Of a DNA stretch of 64,000 nucleotides, positions 8,281 to 19,119 are shown one piece after another. The position numbers and the translations under genes were made by a program. Source of the DNA: Erysipelotrichaceae bacterium (GTDB taxonomy: Bacteria > Bacillota_I > Bacilli_A > Erysipelotrichales > Erysipelotrichaceae); contig JAUNCS010000005.1 in assembly GCA_030526485.1 (NCBI GenBank), forward strand, positions 4,535 to 68,534, written 5' to 3'. The first letter of the stretch is position 1, and each line of letters starts with the position of its first letter. The notes under the pieces are model-generated. The model saw nothing but the letters and a program-made list of their open reading frames with translations, was not told the origin of the DNA and did not search any database.

Positions 8281-9990
8281 ATGTTAAAGGGAATTGCTGC
8301 ATCTAGTGGTATCGCTATTGGTAAGGTGTATAAGTTACAGGCACCTACAGTAACAGTATCAAATGAAGTTAAAGGCAGCGTTGAAGAAGAAAAAGCGCGC
8401 TTTAATGCGGCATTAGAAAAAACTATTAAAGATATCGAAAGAGTAAAAGAAGTAGCTTCTGCTAACTTATCAGAAGAAGAATTAGCTATCTTCGATGCTC
8501 ACTTAATGATGGCTCAGGACCCAGAACTAGCTAGCCAGATCCTGGATATGATTGATGGCGGCAATTCTGCAGACTACGCTACTGAACAGGTTTCAAACAT
8601 GATGATTTCTATGTTTGAATCAATGGACAATGATTATTTCAAGGAAAGAGCAGCTGATGTTAAGGACGTATCTTTCAGATTACTATGCAACATCTTAGGT
8701 CTAATCATTCCTGATTTAAATACAATTTCTGAAGAAGTTATCATCGTAGCTGAAGACTTAACACCATCTGATACTGCTTCATTAAACAAGCAGTACACTT
8801 TAGGTTTCTGTACCGAAATCGGTGGTAGAACTTCTCACTCAGCTATCATGGCTAGATCACTTGAAATTCCTGCAGTTGTAGGTACAGGTACTATTCTTTC
8901 TGAATGTGAAAACGGCGATATGCTAATTATGGATGCATTAGCTGGTGAAGTATTTGTAAATCCAAGTGAAGAACAGATTAAAGAATATGAAGCAAAAAGA
9001 GATGCATTCTTAGAAGAAAAGAAGGCTCTACAGGTTCTAAAGAACGAAAAGTCGGTTACAGTTGATGGTCATGAAGTAGAACTTGCTGGTAACATCGGTG
9101 GTCCAAACGACGTTGAAGGCGTTGTAAACAACGGTGGTGAAGGTGTTGGTCTATTCAGAACTGAATTCTTATATATGAACTCAGAAGCTGACTTCCCAAG
9201 TGAAGAAGAACAGTTTGAAGCTTACAAGGCTGTACTTGAAGGCATGAATGGCAAGAAGGTTGTAGTTAGAACACTTGATATCGGTGGTGATAAGAAGCTT
9301 AACTACTTCACATTCCCTGAAGAAATGAACCCATTCTTAGGCTATAGAGCTATCAGATTCTGCTTAGACAGAAAAGATGTATTCAGAACTCAGTTAAGAG
9401 CTTTAATCAGAGCTTCTGTTTACGGTAGACTTTGCATCATGTTCCCAATGATCGCTACAGTTAAGGAATTCTTAGATGCTAAGGCAGTATTCGAAGAAGA
9501 AAAGGCTAAATTAATTGCTGAAGGCGTTAAGGTAGCAGATAAGATTGAAGTTGGTATGATGGTTGAAATCCCAGCTGCAGCAGTATTAGCTGATGAATTC
9601 GCTAAACATGCAGACTTCTTCTCAATCGGTACTAACGACTTAATCCAGTACTCAATGGCTGCTGACAGAATGTCTGAAAAGGTATCTTACCTGTATCAGC
9701 CACTTAACCCATCTCTATTAAGACTTGTTAAGATGACTATCGATGGTGCTCATTCACAAGGCAAGTGGGCTGGTATGTGTGGTGAAATGGCAGGCGATCC
9801 AAATGCTGCTCCATTACTATTAGGTTTAGGTCTTGATGAATTCTCAATGTCAGCAACTTCTATCCTAAATGCTAGAAAGATTATCCGTAGCTTATCAAAG
9901 GCTGAAATGACTGAAATGGCTGAAAAGGCTATCCATATGCAGACTGAAGAAGAAGTTATGGAACTAGTTAAATCAGCATTAAATAAATAA
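8281..9990 (+). CDS. ptsI: Phosphoenolpyruvate-protein phosphotransferase (PTS enzyme I)
   Basis: 569 aa. Active-site region [23 protein letters not shown] aggagga 10 nt upstream. Confidence 0.95.
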   Translation: MLKGIAASSGIAIGKVYKLQAPTVTVSNEVKGSVEEEKARFNAALEKTIKDIERVKEVASANLSEEELAIFDAHLMMAQDPELASQILDMIDGGNSADYATEQVSNMMISMFESMDNDYFKERAADVKDVSFRLLCNILGLIIPDLNTISEEVIIVAEDLTPSDTASLNKQYTLGFCTEIGGRTSHSAIMARSLEIPAVVGTGTILSECENGDMLIMDALAGEVFVNPSEEQIKEYEAKRDAFLEEKKALQVLKNEKSVTVDGHEVELAGNIGGPNDVEGVVNNGGEGVGLFRTEFLYMNSEADFPSEEEQFEAYKAVLEGMNGKKVVVRTLDIGGDKKLNYFTFPEEMNPFLGYRAIRFCLDRKDVFRTQLRALIRASVYGRLCIMFPMIATVKEFLDAKAVFEEEKAKLIAEGVKVADKIEVGMMVEIPAAAVLADEFAKHADFFSIGTNDLIQYSMAADRMSEKVSYLYQPLNPSLLRLVKMTIDGAHSQGKWAGMCGEMAGDPNAAPLLLGLGLDEFSMSATSILNARKIIRSLSKAEMTEMAEKAIHMQTEEEVMELVKSALNK

Positions 9991-10000
9991 TGTATAATTA

Positions 10001-10024
10001 GGGATGCTAAGGCATCCCTTTTTT
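10001..10024 (+). terminator. Rho-independent terminator after ptsI
   Basis: gggatgc / gcatccc stem with loop taag, then TTTTTT. Confidence 0.7.
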
Positions 10025-10492
10025 ATGAAAAAAGTAATATTTATATCAAGTGGTGGTGGACATTTAGAAGAACTTCTGGCTTTAAAAAGCCTTTTTAATG
10101 AAGTCAACTATTGTCTGATTACTGAAAAAACAGATACAACAACTTATTTAAAAGAACGCTTTAAAAAAGTAAGATATTTAATCTATGGTACACAAGATCA
10201 CTTATTACCATACCTGTTTATCTTCTCTTTTAACATTCTTTTATCTTTTATTATGTTTCTAATTGAAAAACCCGATGTGGTAATCACTACTGGTACTCAT
10301 ACAGCTGTACCAATGTGTAAGATTGCCCACTTATTTCATAAGAAAGTAATCTGGATTGAAACCATGGCCAATATTACAACAGGTACCAAGGCGGGTCGAA
10401 TGATTTATCCAATCGCTGATAAATTCATTGTCCAGTGGCCTGAACTATTGGAAGTATATCCAAACGCTGAATGCTGGGGGTCTATATTCTAA
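10004..10492 (+). CDS. Alg14-like glycosyltransferase membrane-anchor subunit (CpsF/EpsE-type)
   Basis: VIFISSGGGHLEELLAL motif and size. Paired with an Alg13-like gene. Start is ambiguous: ATG 10004 lies 5 nt after TGTATAAT (9991-9998), and ATG 10025 gives MKKVIF. Confidence 0.7.
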   Translation: MLRHPFFMKKVIFISSGGGHLEELLALKSLFNEVNYCLITEKTDTTTYLKERFKKVRYLIYGTQDHLLPYLFIFSFNILLSFIMFLIEKPDVVITTGTHTAVPMCKIAHLFHKKVIWIETMANITTGTKAGRMIYPIADKFIVQWPELLEVYPNAECWGSIF

Positions 10493-10953
10493 TGATATTT
10501 GTAAGTTTAGGAACACAGGACAAGCCATTCAAAAGACTATGTGACTACCTGGAACATTCTGATATTGATGATGAAATCATCGTTCAAAGTGGCTTCACTG
10601 ATTATCAGTCAGATAAGCTTAAGGTCTTTAAGTATATTGAAAAAGCTGACTTTGAAAGATATCTGAATGAAGCCGATTATGTTATATGTCATGCTGGTGT
10701 GGGTACTATTGTTAATTGCTTAAAGTTAAATAAAAAGATTTTAACGGTACCGCGTTTATCCAAGTATGGTGAACATCAAAATGACCATCAGTTGCAGATT
10801 GCGGAAGCCTATCGTCAAAAGGGTTATATCCTGGTTATGCAGGATGGTGAAGACTTCAAGGAAAAATTTGAAGAACTGAAAAAATTTCAACCAAAACAAT
10901 TCATTTCTAACAATGAAGTATTTGTCAACAAACTAAAAAATTATATAATGTAA
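10492..10953 (+). CDS. Alg13-like glycosyltransferase catalytic subunit (Glyco_tran_28_C, CpsG/PssE-type)
   Basis: MIFVSLGTQDKPFKRL...ICHAGVGTI. TAATG overlap with the upstream gene. Confidence 0.75.
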   Translation: MIFVSLGTQDKPFKRLCDYLEHSDIDDEIIVQSGFTDYQSDKLKVFKYIEKADFERYLNEADYVICHAGVGTIVNCLKLNKKILTVPRLSKYGEHQNDHQLQIAEAYRQKGYILVMQDGEDFKEKFEELKKFQPKQFISNNEVFVNKLKNYIM

Positions 10954-10974
10954 AAGTTGTGAGGTAATTTATTT

Positions 10975-11694
10975 ATGGGAAGAGCACATGAAGTAAGAGC
11001 TGCAGCAATGGCTAAAACTGCTGCAATGAAATCAAAGATTTATTCAAGATATGGTAAGGAAATTTATATCGCTGCCAAGAGTGGTGTTCCTGATCCAGAA
11101 ATGAACTTAACTCTAAGATCTAAAATTAAAGAAGCTAAGGCTAACCAGGTTCCTGCCGATGTAATCAAGAGAGCTATTGAAAAGGCTAAGGGTGGTTCAA
11201 ACGAAACTTACGATTCTTTAAGATATGAAGGTATTGGTCCTGCTGGCGCAACTATCATCATCGATTGCTTAACTGATAATTCAAACAGAACAATCGCTGC
11301 AATGAACCAGTGTTTCAATAAGTCACACTGCAAGCTTGGTGTTAAGGGCTCAGTATCATTCAACTATGATAACTTAGGCGTATTATCATTCAACTTTGAT
11401 GATGAAGATAAGATGCTTGATACATTAATTGAAGCTGATGTTGACGTTAATGATATCGAAGTAGAAGAAGGTGTAATGACAGTTTACACTGCACCAGCTG
11501 ACTTACATAAAGCTCAGGAAGCTATCGATACAATTATTCCTGATTGCAACTACTCAGTATGCGCAATCAAGATGCTTCCACAGGAATATGTAAAGATCAC
11601 TGATGAACATGATAAGGAAATGTGGAATCGTCTATTAACTTTACTTGATGAAGTTGATGACGTTCAGGAAGTATTCCATAACGTAGAAGATTAA
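10975..11694 (+). CDS. YebC/PmpR family DNA-binding transcriptional regulator
   Basis: MGRAHEVRAAAMAKTAAMKSKIYSRYGKEI... is typical of the family. SD gaggt. Confidence 0.9.
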   Translation: MGRAHEVRAAAMAKTAAMKSKIYSRYGKEIYIAAKSGVPDPEMNLTLRSKIKEAKANQVPADVIKRAIEKAKGGSNETYDSLRYEGIGPAGATIIIDCLTDNSNRTIAAMNQCFNKSHCKLGVKGSVSFNYDNLGVLSFNFDDEDKMLDTLIEADVDVNDIEVEEGVMTVYTAPADLHKAQEAIDTIIPDCNYSVCAIKMLPQEYVKITDEHDKEMWNRLLTLLDEVDDVQEVFHNVED

Positions 11695-11715
11695 TGCACT
11701 GCATTAATCTTTTTT
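11689..11715 (+). terminator. Hairpin (10+1+10 palindrome gattaatgca-c-tgcattaatc) plus T run; terminator or attenuator after the yebC-like gene
   Basis: Read directly. Followed by tttttt. Confidence 0.55.
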
Positions 11716-11732
11716 GTAAGAAGGGGAAGAAT

Positions 11733-13307
11733 ATGAAACTGTTTTATAATGCACACCTGTATAAACAGGACAATGATGCCTTTGTATGTGAAGGTGATTC
11801 ATTTAAAGAGTTTGGTAGATATAGTGATTTAGTGAATAAATACGAATATGAAGAACAGATTGACTTAAATGGCAAATATGTTTATCCAGGCTTTAATGAC
11901 TCTCATATGCATTTACTTAATCTTGGCATTTTCTTATGCAATATCTCTTTATATGAACATACTTCTTCTATCAAGGAAGTACAGAAGCATTTAAGAGAAG
12001 AAATCGCCAAGCATCCGGAAAGAACTTTCTTTAGAGGAAGAGGCTATAACCAGGATTACTTTGAAGAAAAAAGAATGCTGACAAGAAGTGATCTTGATGA
12101 AGTAAGTACAGAAGTACCAATTCTAATGACCAGAGCCTGTGGCCATATCGGCGTCTGCAATTCCAAGGCTATTGAAGTCTTAGGTATTAAAGCTGATGAA
12201 AAAGTAGAAATGGGTCAGTTTGACTTAGAAACCGGCATCTTTGAAGAATTTGCTTTAAATATGGTTTATGAAAGAGTTCCTAAACCAGATAAAAAACAGT
12301 TAAAAGAATATCTTTTAAAGGGCATTGAACATGTTAACAGCTATGGTGTGACATCTTGTCACAGTGAAGACTTTGAAACCTGCCCAGGTGTTGATTATAA
12401 GGACATTATTGCTGCCTATGAAGAACTTCTTGAAGAAGGAAAACTAAATGTTCGTATCAATGAACAGTGTCAGTTTCCTACTATTGATGGCCTAAAAGCT
12501 TTCTTAGCTGATGGTTATCCTCATAAGTTACAGAATAAGCATTTAAGAATGGGTCAGTTAAAACTCTTAGCTGATGGTTCATTAGGTGCCAGAACCGCTT
12601 TTATGACAAGAGACTACAAGGGACAGAAAGATTCTAAGGGTCTATGTCTGTATAGCCAGGAAGAAATGGATGAGTTTGTAAAACTGGCCTATCAGAACAA
12701 GATGGGCACAGTTGTACATTGTATTGGTGATGGAGCTATCGATATCGTCTTAAACAGCTTTAAGAAAGTAATGAAAGATGATCCTGATAATAAGCTGCAT
12801 AATGGTATCGTCCATGTACAAATCACCCGTAAGGACCAGGTTGAAGACATCATTAAACACAATATCTGTTGCTTAGTCCAGTCTATATTCATCGACTACG
12901 ATGCCAAGATTGTCTATGAACAGGTAGAAAAAGATATTGCGGATACTTCATATGCCTTTAAGACATATCTAAAGGGTGGCGTAATTGTCTCTAATGGTTC
13001 CGATTCACCAGTTGAAGAACCTGATGTTTTAAAAGGTATGGAATGCGGTATCACCAGAACGCCAGTTGGTTATGATACTCCATACTTAATTGAAGAAGCA
13101 TTTACCGTTGATGAAGCCATTGATACATACACAATCAATGGTGCCAGATTATCAAATGAAGAGTCTTATAAGGGCTTATTAAAAGAAGGCTACCTGGCAG
13201 ACTTTGTTGTACTGGATAAAGATATCGCTGAAGTAAATAAAAAAGACATCCATAAGATAGATGTCTTAGAAACTTATTTAGGATCTAAATTAGTTTATCA
13301 AAGATAG
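11733..13307 (+). CDS. Amidohydrolase family (Amidohydro_3, YtcJ-like metal-dependent hydrolase)
   Basis: GFNDSHMHLLNLG metal-binding motif, about 524 aa. SD aagggga before ATG 11733. The ORF track start at 11694 lies inside the hairpin. Confidence 0.8.
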   Translation: MKLFYNAHLYKQDNDAFVCEGDSFKEFGRYSDLVNKYEYEEQIDLNGKYVYPGFNDSHMHLLNLGIFLCNISLYEHTSSIKEVQKHLREEIAKHPERTFFRGRGYNQDYFEEKRMLTRSDLDEVSTEVPILMTRACGHIGVCNSKAIEVLGIKADEKVEMGQFDLETGIFEEFALNMVYERVPKPDKKQLKEYLLKGIEHVNSYGVTSCHSEDFETCPGVDYKDIIAAYEELLEEGKLNVRINEQCQFPTIDGLKAFLADGYPHKLQNKHLRMGQLKLLADGSLGARTAFMTRDYKGQKDSKGLCLYSQEEMDEFVKLAYQNKMGTVVHCIGDGAIDIVLNSFKKVMKDDPDNKLHNGIVHVQITRKDQVEDIIKHNICCLVQSIFIDYDAKIVYEQVEKDIADTSYAFKTYLKGGVIVSNGSDSPVEEPDVLKGMECGITRTPVGYDTPYLIEEAFTVDEAIDTYTINGARLSNEESYKGLLKEGYLADFVVLDKDIAEVNKKDIHKIDVLETYLGSKLVYQR

Positions 13308-13324
13308 GGCAACCTATCTTTTTT
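13301..13324 (+). terminator. Rho-independent terminator after the amidohydrolase gene
   Basis: aagatagg / cctatctt stem with loop gcaa, then TTTT. Confidence 0.7.
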
Positions 13325-14390
13325 ATGCTACGTAGCCACCAAATACAAAGATGAATAACATTGCAAAGCCAGCAACCGCTAACCAGGTAATACCACCAAG
13401 CATAATTGGCTTAGCACCCTTAGAGAATACATCTTTGAATTTAATCTTGAAACCAACACCAGCAAGCGCACTGGCAAATAAGAACTTGGCAACCTTACCT
13501 AATAATTTCTTAGCTGTCAAGCCAGCAAACGGTACAGTGAAAGAGAATAGACCGAATGTATTTAAAGCAGCCATTACAATGAACCATAAGATGAACATTG
13601 GGAAAGTCTTTTTAACGATAGCGAATAAAGACTGATTCTTAGCTTCAGCACCAGCATTCTTCTTAGCCATGATTAATGTCCAAGCGATAGCTACAAAGAT
13701 AAGCATTGTAGTTCTAACCAGCTTAACATTGATAGCGCCATTAAAATCACCAGCATTAGCTAAGGCAACATATGTAGCCTGTGCACCAGCAACACTACTT
13801 GCATCATTGATAGCTGTACCAGCAAGGAAGGCGAACTGATTCTGAGTCAGATTTAAAGCTACAGATAGGTATGGGAACAGTAGGGCAGCGAAAGTATCGA
13901 ATAAGAAGATTGCTGCCATCGCAAAGGCGATTTCATCTTCAGCAGCCTTTATAATACCAGCTACTGTTGCGATTGCTGTACCACCACAGATTGAAGTACC
14001 AGCACCAACCAGAATAGATGTGTTTTCAGAAACATTCAGTTTCTTGCCTACAAAGATAGCTACAATAAATGCTAAGCAGATATTTAGAACAATAAGTGGT
14101 AAAGCTTTAACGCCAGTACCTAAGATATCAATGAAACTTAGTGTAGCACCTGTCAGGATGATACCCCAGTTTAAGAACTTCTTAGCGGCAAATGTAGTAC
14201 CAGTCTTAAAGTCCTTGTCAATTTTTGGAACGATATTACAGATAATCATACCAATGATTAAGGCAACCATTGGTCCACCCATAATAACTCTTCCTAGTCC
14301 TGCACTTTGCCAGTTGGTAGATTGTTGAGCAATCCAGCCAATAAGTAAGCAAAGGGCAATAGCTAAATACTTTTTAGTTTTTGAATTCAT
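13323..14390 (-). CDS. YeiH/UPF0324 family putative sulfate exporter-type membrane protein
   Basis: 355 aa with about 10 TM segments and a Gly/Ala-rich pattern typical of UPF0324. SD gaagggg. Confidence 0.65.
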   Translation of the reverse strand: MNSKTKKYLAIALCLLIGWIAQQSTNWQSAGLGRVIMGGPMVALIIGMIICNIVPKIDKDFKTGTTFAAKKFLNWGIILTGATLSFIDILGTGVKALPLIVLNICLAFIVAIFVGKKLNVSENTSILVGAGTSICGGTAIATVAGIIKAAEDEIAFAMAAIFLFDTFAALLFPYLSVALNLTQNQFAFLAGTAINDASSVAGAQATYVALANAGDFNGAINVKLVRTTMLIFVAIAWTLIMAKKNAGAEAKNQSLFAIVKKTFPMFILWFIVMAALNTFGLFSFTVPFAGLTAKKLLGKVAKFLFASALAGVGFKIKFKDVFSKGAKPIMLGGITWLAVAGFAMLFIFVFGGYVA

Positions 14391-14476
14391 AATATTAACC
14401 CCTTCAATAATATAATTATACTTTTTTCATATTGTGAAAAGATGAACAGATTATAAATAGTGTTTGAAAAGGGTAT

Positions 14477-14502
14477 AAAAAAAGAACTGTTTCCAGTTCC
14501 TT
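14477..14502 (-). terminator. Rho-independent terminator of rpsT
   Basis: Minus strand reads ggaactg-gaaa-cagttc followed by TTTTTTT. Confidence 0.7.
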
Positions 14503-14512
14503 AATTATTTAA

Positions 14513-14776
14513 TTAACCAAGTGAAGCAACTGCTTTAGCTAAACGAGCTTTCTGTCTAGCTACATAATTCTTATGCTTTAAGTGGCTAGTTACAGCTTTA
14601 TCAAGAAGTGAATTAGCTTCATTGAATGCCTTAACTGCAGCTTCTTTATCATTAGCTTCAACAGCCTTAGTAACTTTCTTTAATGCAGTCTTTAATTTAG
14701 ACTTAGCAGCACTGTTTACTAGATTTTTCTTAGCATTTGTAAGAGCTCTCTTCTTCTGAGACTTAATATTTGCCAT
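14513..14776 (-). CDS. rpsT: 30S ribosomal protein S20
   Basis: MANIKSQKKRALTNAKKN...; SD ggagga. Confidence 0.95.
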   Translation of the reverse strand: MANIKSQKKRALTNAKKNLVNSAAKSKLKTALKKVTKAVEANDKEAAVKAFNEANSLLDKAVTSHLKHKNYVARQKARLAKAVASLG

Positions 14777-14803
14777 AGTTCCTCCTTATCAATACGCTAT
14801 AAT

Positions 14804-14812
14804 ATTTTACCA
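14804..14812 (-). promoter_or_regulatory. Extended -10 TGgTAAAAT (minus strand) for rpsT, which has a leader of about 20 nt carrying an SD
   Basis: Reverse complement of 14804-14812. Confidence 0.5.
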
Positions 14813-14839
14813 AAGCCTTTTTTAAAATGCAATTACATT

Positions 14840-14848
14840 TGTTATAAT
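14840..14848 (+). promoter_or_regulatory. Extended -10 TGtTATAAT 7 nt upstream of the fmt ATG (leaderless-type)
   Basis: TATAAT at 14843-14848, ATG at 14856. The gap ctaaaat has no SD. Confidence 0.55.
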
Positions 14849-14855
14849 CTAAAAT

Positions 14856-15797
14856 ATGAACGAAAAAATAGTATTTATGGGAACACCAGAATTTGCCGCT
14901 AACGTTTTAGAAGGCTTGTTACAGGCAAATTATAATGTAGTTGGTGTTGTAACACAAGCAGATAAAAAAGTAGGCAGAAAACAGATTTTAACCCCATCTC
15001 CAGTAAAAGAGGTAGGTCTTAAGTATAATCTTCCTGTTTTCACACCGATTAGAATCAAAGAAGATTATCAAAATATTCTGGACCTTGAACCAGATTTGAT
15101 TATTACCTGTGCCTATGGACAGTTTATTCCATTAGAATTAATTGAATATCCTAAGTATAAGTCAATTAATACCCATGGTTCTTTACTTCCGAAGTATCGT
15201 GGTGGTGCACCAATTCAATGGTCTATCATTAATGGTGAAGAAGAAACAGGTATTTCTATCATCTATATGTCTAAGGCTATGGATGCTGGCGATGTCCTAA
15301 AGACCAGAACTATTAAGATTGAAAGAGAAGATACTAATGCGACCATGTTTAAGAAATTATCTGATGTCGCAAGAGACTTATTATTAGACTTCTTGCCTGA
15401 CTTCTTTAAAGGAAACTTTGAAAGAGTTCCACAGGTAGAAAGTGAAGCTACTTTCGCTTATAACCTGAGCAAGGCTGATGAATATATCAACTTTAACCGT
15501 GATGTTAAAGCGGTATATAACCACATTAGAGGTCTTTTAGATAATCCAGGAGCTTACAGTGTTATTAATGATAAGAAACTTAAGTTCATGAAAGTGGATT
15601 ATGAAGAAAAAACAGATACTGACCCTAAGGTATTTAAGGGATTAGAAAACAATTATTTAAGAATTGATTGTCAAAACGGTTTTATCAAAGTCTTTGAAAT
15701 CAAACCTGAAGGTAAAAACACAATGGATGCCAAGAGCTTCTTTAATGGCGTAGGGAAGTCACTGGTAAATTTAGAATTTAAGGAAACATATGAATAG
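14856..15797 (+). CDS. fmt: Methionyl-tRNA formyltransferase
   Basis: [15 protein letters not shown] motif, 313 aa. Confidence 0.95.
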   Translation: MNEKIVFMGTPEFAANVLEGLLQANYNVVGVVTQADKKVGRKQILTPSPVKEVGLKYNLPVFTPIRIKEDYQNILDLEPDLIITCAYGQFIPLELIEYPKYKSINTHGSLLPKYRGGAPIQWSIINGEEETGISIIYMSKAMDAGDVLKTRTIKIEREDTNATMFKKLSDVARDLLLDFLPDFFKGNFERVPQVESEATFAYNLSKADEYINFNRDVKAVYNHIRGLLDNPGAYSVINDKKLKFMKVDYEEKTDTDPKVFKGLENNYLRIDCQNGFIKVFEIKPEGKNTMDAKSFFNGVGKSLVNLEFKETYE

Positions 15798-17598
15798 AGA
15801 AAATATCCGTAATTTTTCAATTATTGCCCATATTGACCACGGTAAGTCGACACTGGCTGACCGTATTTTGGAATTGACAAATACTCTTACTAAAAGAGAA
15901 ATGGTAACTACCCAGATTCTGGACTCATTAGATCTAGAACAGGAAAGAGGTATTACTATCAAGCTTAACGTTGTTCAGATTAAGTATCACGCCAAGGATG
16001 GTGAAGACTACGTCTTCCATCTAATTGATACTCCAGGACACGTTGACTTTACTTATGAAGTATCTAGATCTTTAGCCGCATGTGATGGGGCATTACTGGT
16101 TGTAGATGCTTCACAGGGCATTGAAGCTCAAACGCTGGCTAATACTTACTTAGCCTTGGATAATGATTTAGAAATCATTCCAGTCATCAACAAGATTGAC
16201 CTACCTAGTGCTGATATTGAACGCACTAAGAAGGAAATTGAAAATGTCATTGGTATCGACTGCTCAGATGCTCCATGTATCTCAGCAAAAAGCGGTTTAA
16301 ATGTTGAAGATGTTTTAGAGGCTATCGTTAAAAAACTGCCAGCTCCAAAAGGTGAAGCCAGCAATCCTTTAAAAGCCTTAGTCTTTGACTCATACTATGA
16401 TTCATATCGTGGTGTTGTTGTCTTTGTCTGTGTAAAAGAAGGTACAGTTAAAGTAGGTGACAAGATTAGAATGCTTCATTCTAATACCGAATATGAAATT
16501 ACTGAACTTGGTGTAAAAGTGCCAAATGAAGTAAAAAGAGACAAACTTGAAGCGGGCGAAGTAGGCTATATTTGTGCTTCTATCAAGTCGATTAGGGATG
16601 TCTTTGTTGGTGATACTATCACTTTAGCTGATAACCCATGTGCTGAACCTTTACCAGGTTATCGTAAGATGAACCCAATGGTATATTGCGGTATGTATCC
16701 AACTGACAACAGTAAGTATAACGATTTAAGAGACGCATTGGAAAAACTGCAGTTAAATGACTCATCATTAACTTTTGAAGCCGAATCATCAAAGGCCCTG
16801 GGCTTTGGTTTTAGAATTGGTTTCTTAGGTTTACTACATATGGAAGTTATCCAGGAAAGACTGGAAAGAGAATACAATATGTCTCTAATCGCAACTGCGC
16901 CTTCAGTAGTTTATAAGGTAACTTTAACTGATGGTACAGTGGTAAATATCGATAACCCAAGTATGATGCCGGACAATACCCGTATCGACTATATTGAGGA
17001 ACCATATGTTAAGGCTACTATCATGGTACCTAATGAATGTATTGGTCCAGTAATGGAACTATCACAATCAAAACGTGGTATCTATAAGGAAATGATTTAT
17101 ATCGATGATAATCGTAATCAGCTGATTTATGAAATGCCACTGAGTGAAATCATCTTTGAATACTTTGATAAGTTAAAGTCAGTTTCAAGAGGCTATGCTT
17201 CTTTAGACTATGAACTTATTGGCTATAAGGAATCTTCACTTGTTAAGATGGATATTCTGTTAAATGGTGAAATTATCGATGCTTTAAGTATTATTGTTCA
17301 TCGTGACTTTGCCTATAAGAGAGGTCAGGCCATCACTGTTAAACTAAAGGAATTACTGCCTAAGCAGCAGTTTGAAATTCCGGTACAAGCCGCCATCGGC
17401 AACAAAATCATCGCCAGAACCAATATCAAATCACTTAGAAAAGACGTCTTGGCTAAGTGTTATGGTGGTGATATTTCAAGAAAGAAGAAACTGCTGGAAA
17501 AGCAGAAAGAAGGTAAGAAACGTATGAAAGCGGTAGGTAGCGTAGAAATACCACAGGAAGCATTCATGGCTGTCTTATCACTGGATGATGAAAACTAA
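15790..17598 (+). CDS. lepA: Translation elongation factor 4
   Basis: [28 protein letters not shown], 602 aa. 8-nt overlap with fmt. Confidence 0.97.
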   Translation: MNRENIRNFSIIAHIDHGKSTLADRILELTNTLTKREMVTTQILDSLDLEQERGITIKLNVVQIKYHAKDGEDYVFHLIDTPGHVDFTYEVSRSLAACDGALLVVDASQGIEAQTLANTYLALDNDLEIIPVINKIDLPSADIERTKKEIENVIGIDCSDAPCISAKSGLNVEDVLEAIVKKLPAPKGEASNPLKALVFDSYYDSYRGVVVFVCVKEGTVKVGDKIRMLHSNTEYEITELGVKVPNEVKRDKLEAGEVGYICASIKSIRDVFVGDTITLADNPCAEPLPGYRKMNPMVYCGMYPTDNSKYNDLRDALEKLQLNDSSLTFEAESSKALGFGFRIGFLGLLHMEVIQERLEREYNMSLIATAPSVVYKVTLTDGTVVNIDNPSMMPDNTRIDYIEEPYVKATIMVPNECIGPVMELSQSKRGIYKEMIYIDDNRNQLIYEMPLSEIIFEYFDKLKSVSRGYASLDYELIGYKESSLVKMDILLNGEIIDALSIIVHRDFAYKRGQAITVKLKELLPKQQFEIPVQAAIGNKIIARTNIKSLRKDVLAKCYGGDISRKKKLLEKQKEGKKRMKAVGSVEIPQEAFMAVLSLDDEN

Positions 17599-18673
17599 GC
17601 ACTTATATATTCATGTCCCATTCTGTAAAAGTATCTGTCATTACTGTGACTTCTGTCATGTTGTATACAATGAGGAAGTGGTAAACAGATACTTAGACAG
17701 ATTAATGGAAGATCTGAATAAGTATTATGACAATCATTTTGAAACAATATATCTGGGTGGTGGTACACCCAGTTCTTTAAATTTAGAGCAGTTTAAAAGA
17801 TTACTGCAGATAGTTTATCCTTATTCAAAAGAAGTAGATGAGTACACCATTGAACTTAATCCTGAGACTATGGATGAAGATAAGGTTGATCTATTAAAAG
17901 AATATGGTGTTAACAGGGTGTCTATTGGCTTACAAAGTGCTAATGAAAATCTTTTAAAGTTAATGAATCGTAAACATTCTTATGAAGATGTTAAAAGACT
18001 TGTGTTCTCTTTAAAAGAAAAGGGTATAGATAATATTTCTATTGATGTAATGTATTCTTTGCCTGATCAGACTATTGATGACTTAAAAGATACTTTAAAT
18101 AAAGTGATTGAACTGGATGTCAAACATGTATCACTTTATTCTTTAACAGTTGAAGAAAACACTGTTTTTGGCAAGAAGGGTTATAAATCACTAGATAGTG
18201 ACATCGAAGCTGATATGTATGAATATATTGAAGACTTCTTAAATAAAAACGGATTTATTCATTATGAAGTAGCTAATTACTGTAAGAAGAATTATTATTC
18301 AAGACACAATATGGCTTACTGGCGTTATAAAGACTTTATCGGTCTGGGTCCTGGGGCTTCAGGTAAAGAAGGGAATAGACGCTACGCCTATACCCGTAAT
18401 ATCAGTAATTATCTAAATAATACCGATATTTATGATGAAGATATCAGACTGGATATTAAAGAAGAAGCCTTCGAGCATTTAATGATGTCTTTTAGAACTA
18501 TTGAAGGCTTAAATATCAAAGAATTCGAAGAAAGATATCAGATCAATTTCAAAGAAGAATATCAAGAAGCCATTGAAAAGAACAGGAAATATCTGGATAT
18601 CAATGAAGAAAGATGTATATGCACTAATAGAGAGCTTTTAAATACAATTCTCGTTGATTTTATGAATTATTAG
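17585..18673 (+). CDS. hemW: Radical SAM heme chaperone HemW (oxygen-independent coproporphyrinogen oxidase-like)
   Basis: [18 protein letters not shown] and the conserved lepA-hemW order. Confidence 0.9.
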   Translation: MMKTKHLYIHVPFCKSICHYCDFCHVVYNEEVVNRYLDRLMEDLNKYYDNHFETIYLGGGTPSSLNLEQFKRLLQIVYPYSKEVDEYTIELNPETMDEDKVDLLKEYGVNRVSIGLQSANENLLKLMNRKHSYEDVKRLVFSLKEKGIDNISIDVMYSLPDQTIDDLKDTLNKVIELDVKHVSLYSLTVEENTVFGKKGYKSLDSDIEADMYEYIEDFLNKNGFIHYEVANYCKKNYYSRHNMAYWRYKDFIGLGPGASGKEGNRRYAYTRNISNYLNNTDIYDEDIRLDIKEEAFEHLMMSFRTIEGLNIKEFEERYQINFKEEYQEAIEKNRKYLDINEERCICTNRELLNTILVDFMNY

Positions 18674-18682
18674 TGATAATAT
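18674..18682 (+). promoter_or_regulatory. Extended -10 TGaTAATAT, putative rpsO promoter giving a 5' UTR of about 75 nt
   Basis: TG at 18674-18675, TAATAT at 18677-18682. rpsO ATG at 18765, preceded by SD aaggag. Confidence 0.4.
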
Positions 18683-18764
18683 ATTTATGCTTTGTTCTGG
18701 GTTATAACACTAAATACTCCAGTTATTACTCGGTGCATTGTTTAAAAAAGAAGGAGAAATAAAA

Positions 18765-19031
18765 ATGTTAACTAAAGCAGAAAAGCAGGCCATCATTAAG
18801 GAATATGCTCTTAAAGAAGGCGATACTGGTTCACCAGAAGTACAGGTTGCTGTTTTAACAGCTCAGATCAACCGTCTAACTGACCACATGAAGAAGAATC
18901 CTAAGGATTTCCATTCAAACAGAGGTCTACTAATGATGGTAGGTAAGAGAAGAAGCTTCCTAGAATACTTAAAGAGATCTGATGTAAACAGATACAGAGA
19001 ACTAGTTAAGAAGTTAGGTATCAGAAAATAG
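18765..19031 (+). CDS. rpsO: 30S ribosomal protein S15
   Basis: [29 protein letters not shown]...; SD aaggag. The ORF track TTG start at 18738 is unlikely. Confidence 0.95.
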   Translation: MLTKAEKQAIIKEYALKEGDTGSPEVQVAVLTAQINRLTDHMKKNPKDFHSNRGLLMMVGKRRSFLEYLKRSDVNRYRELVKKLGIRK

Positions 19032-19056
19032 TCCTTTAAAAAAGGACTTTTCTTTT
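19030..19056 (+). terminator. Rho-independent terminator after rpsO
   Basis: agtccttt / aaaggact stem, then ttttctttt. Confidence 0.8.
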
Positions 19057-19066
19057 GCTCATTTAG

Positions 19067-19080
19067 TAAACATATGTTTA
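19067..19080. promoter_or_regulatory. Perfect 14-bp palindrome TAAACATATGTTTA, candidate TetR operator
   Basis: Read directly. Lies 40 nt upstream of the TetR ATG, next to an AT-rich -10 region (TGaTATATA, 19085-19093). Confidence 0.5.
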
Positions 19081-19119
19081 TTATTGATATATACTATTAA
19101 TGAACAAGGGTTTATTATT

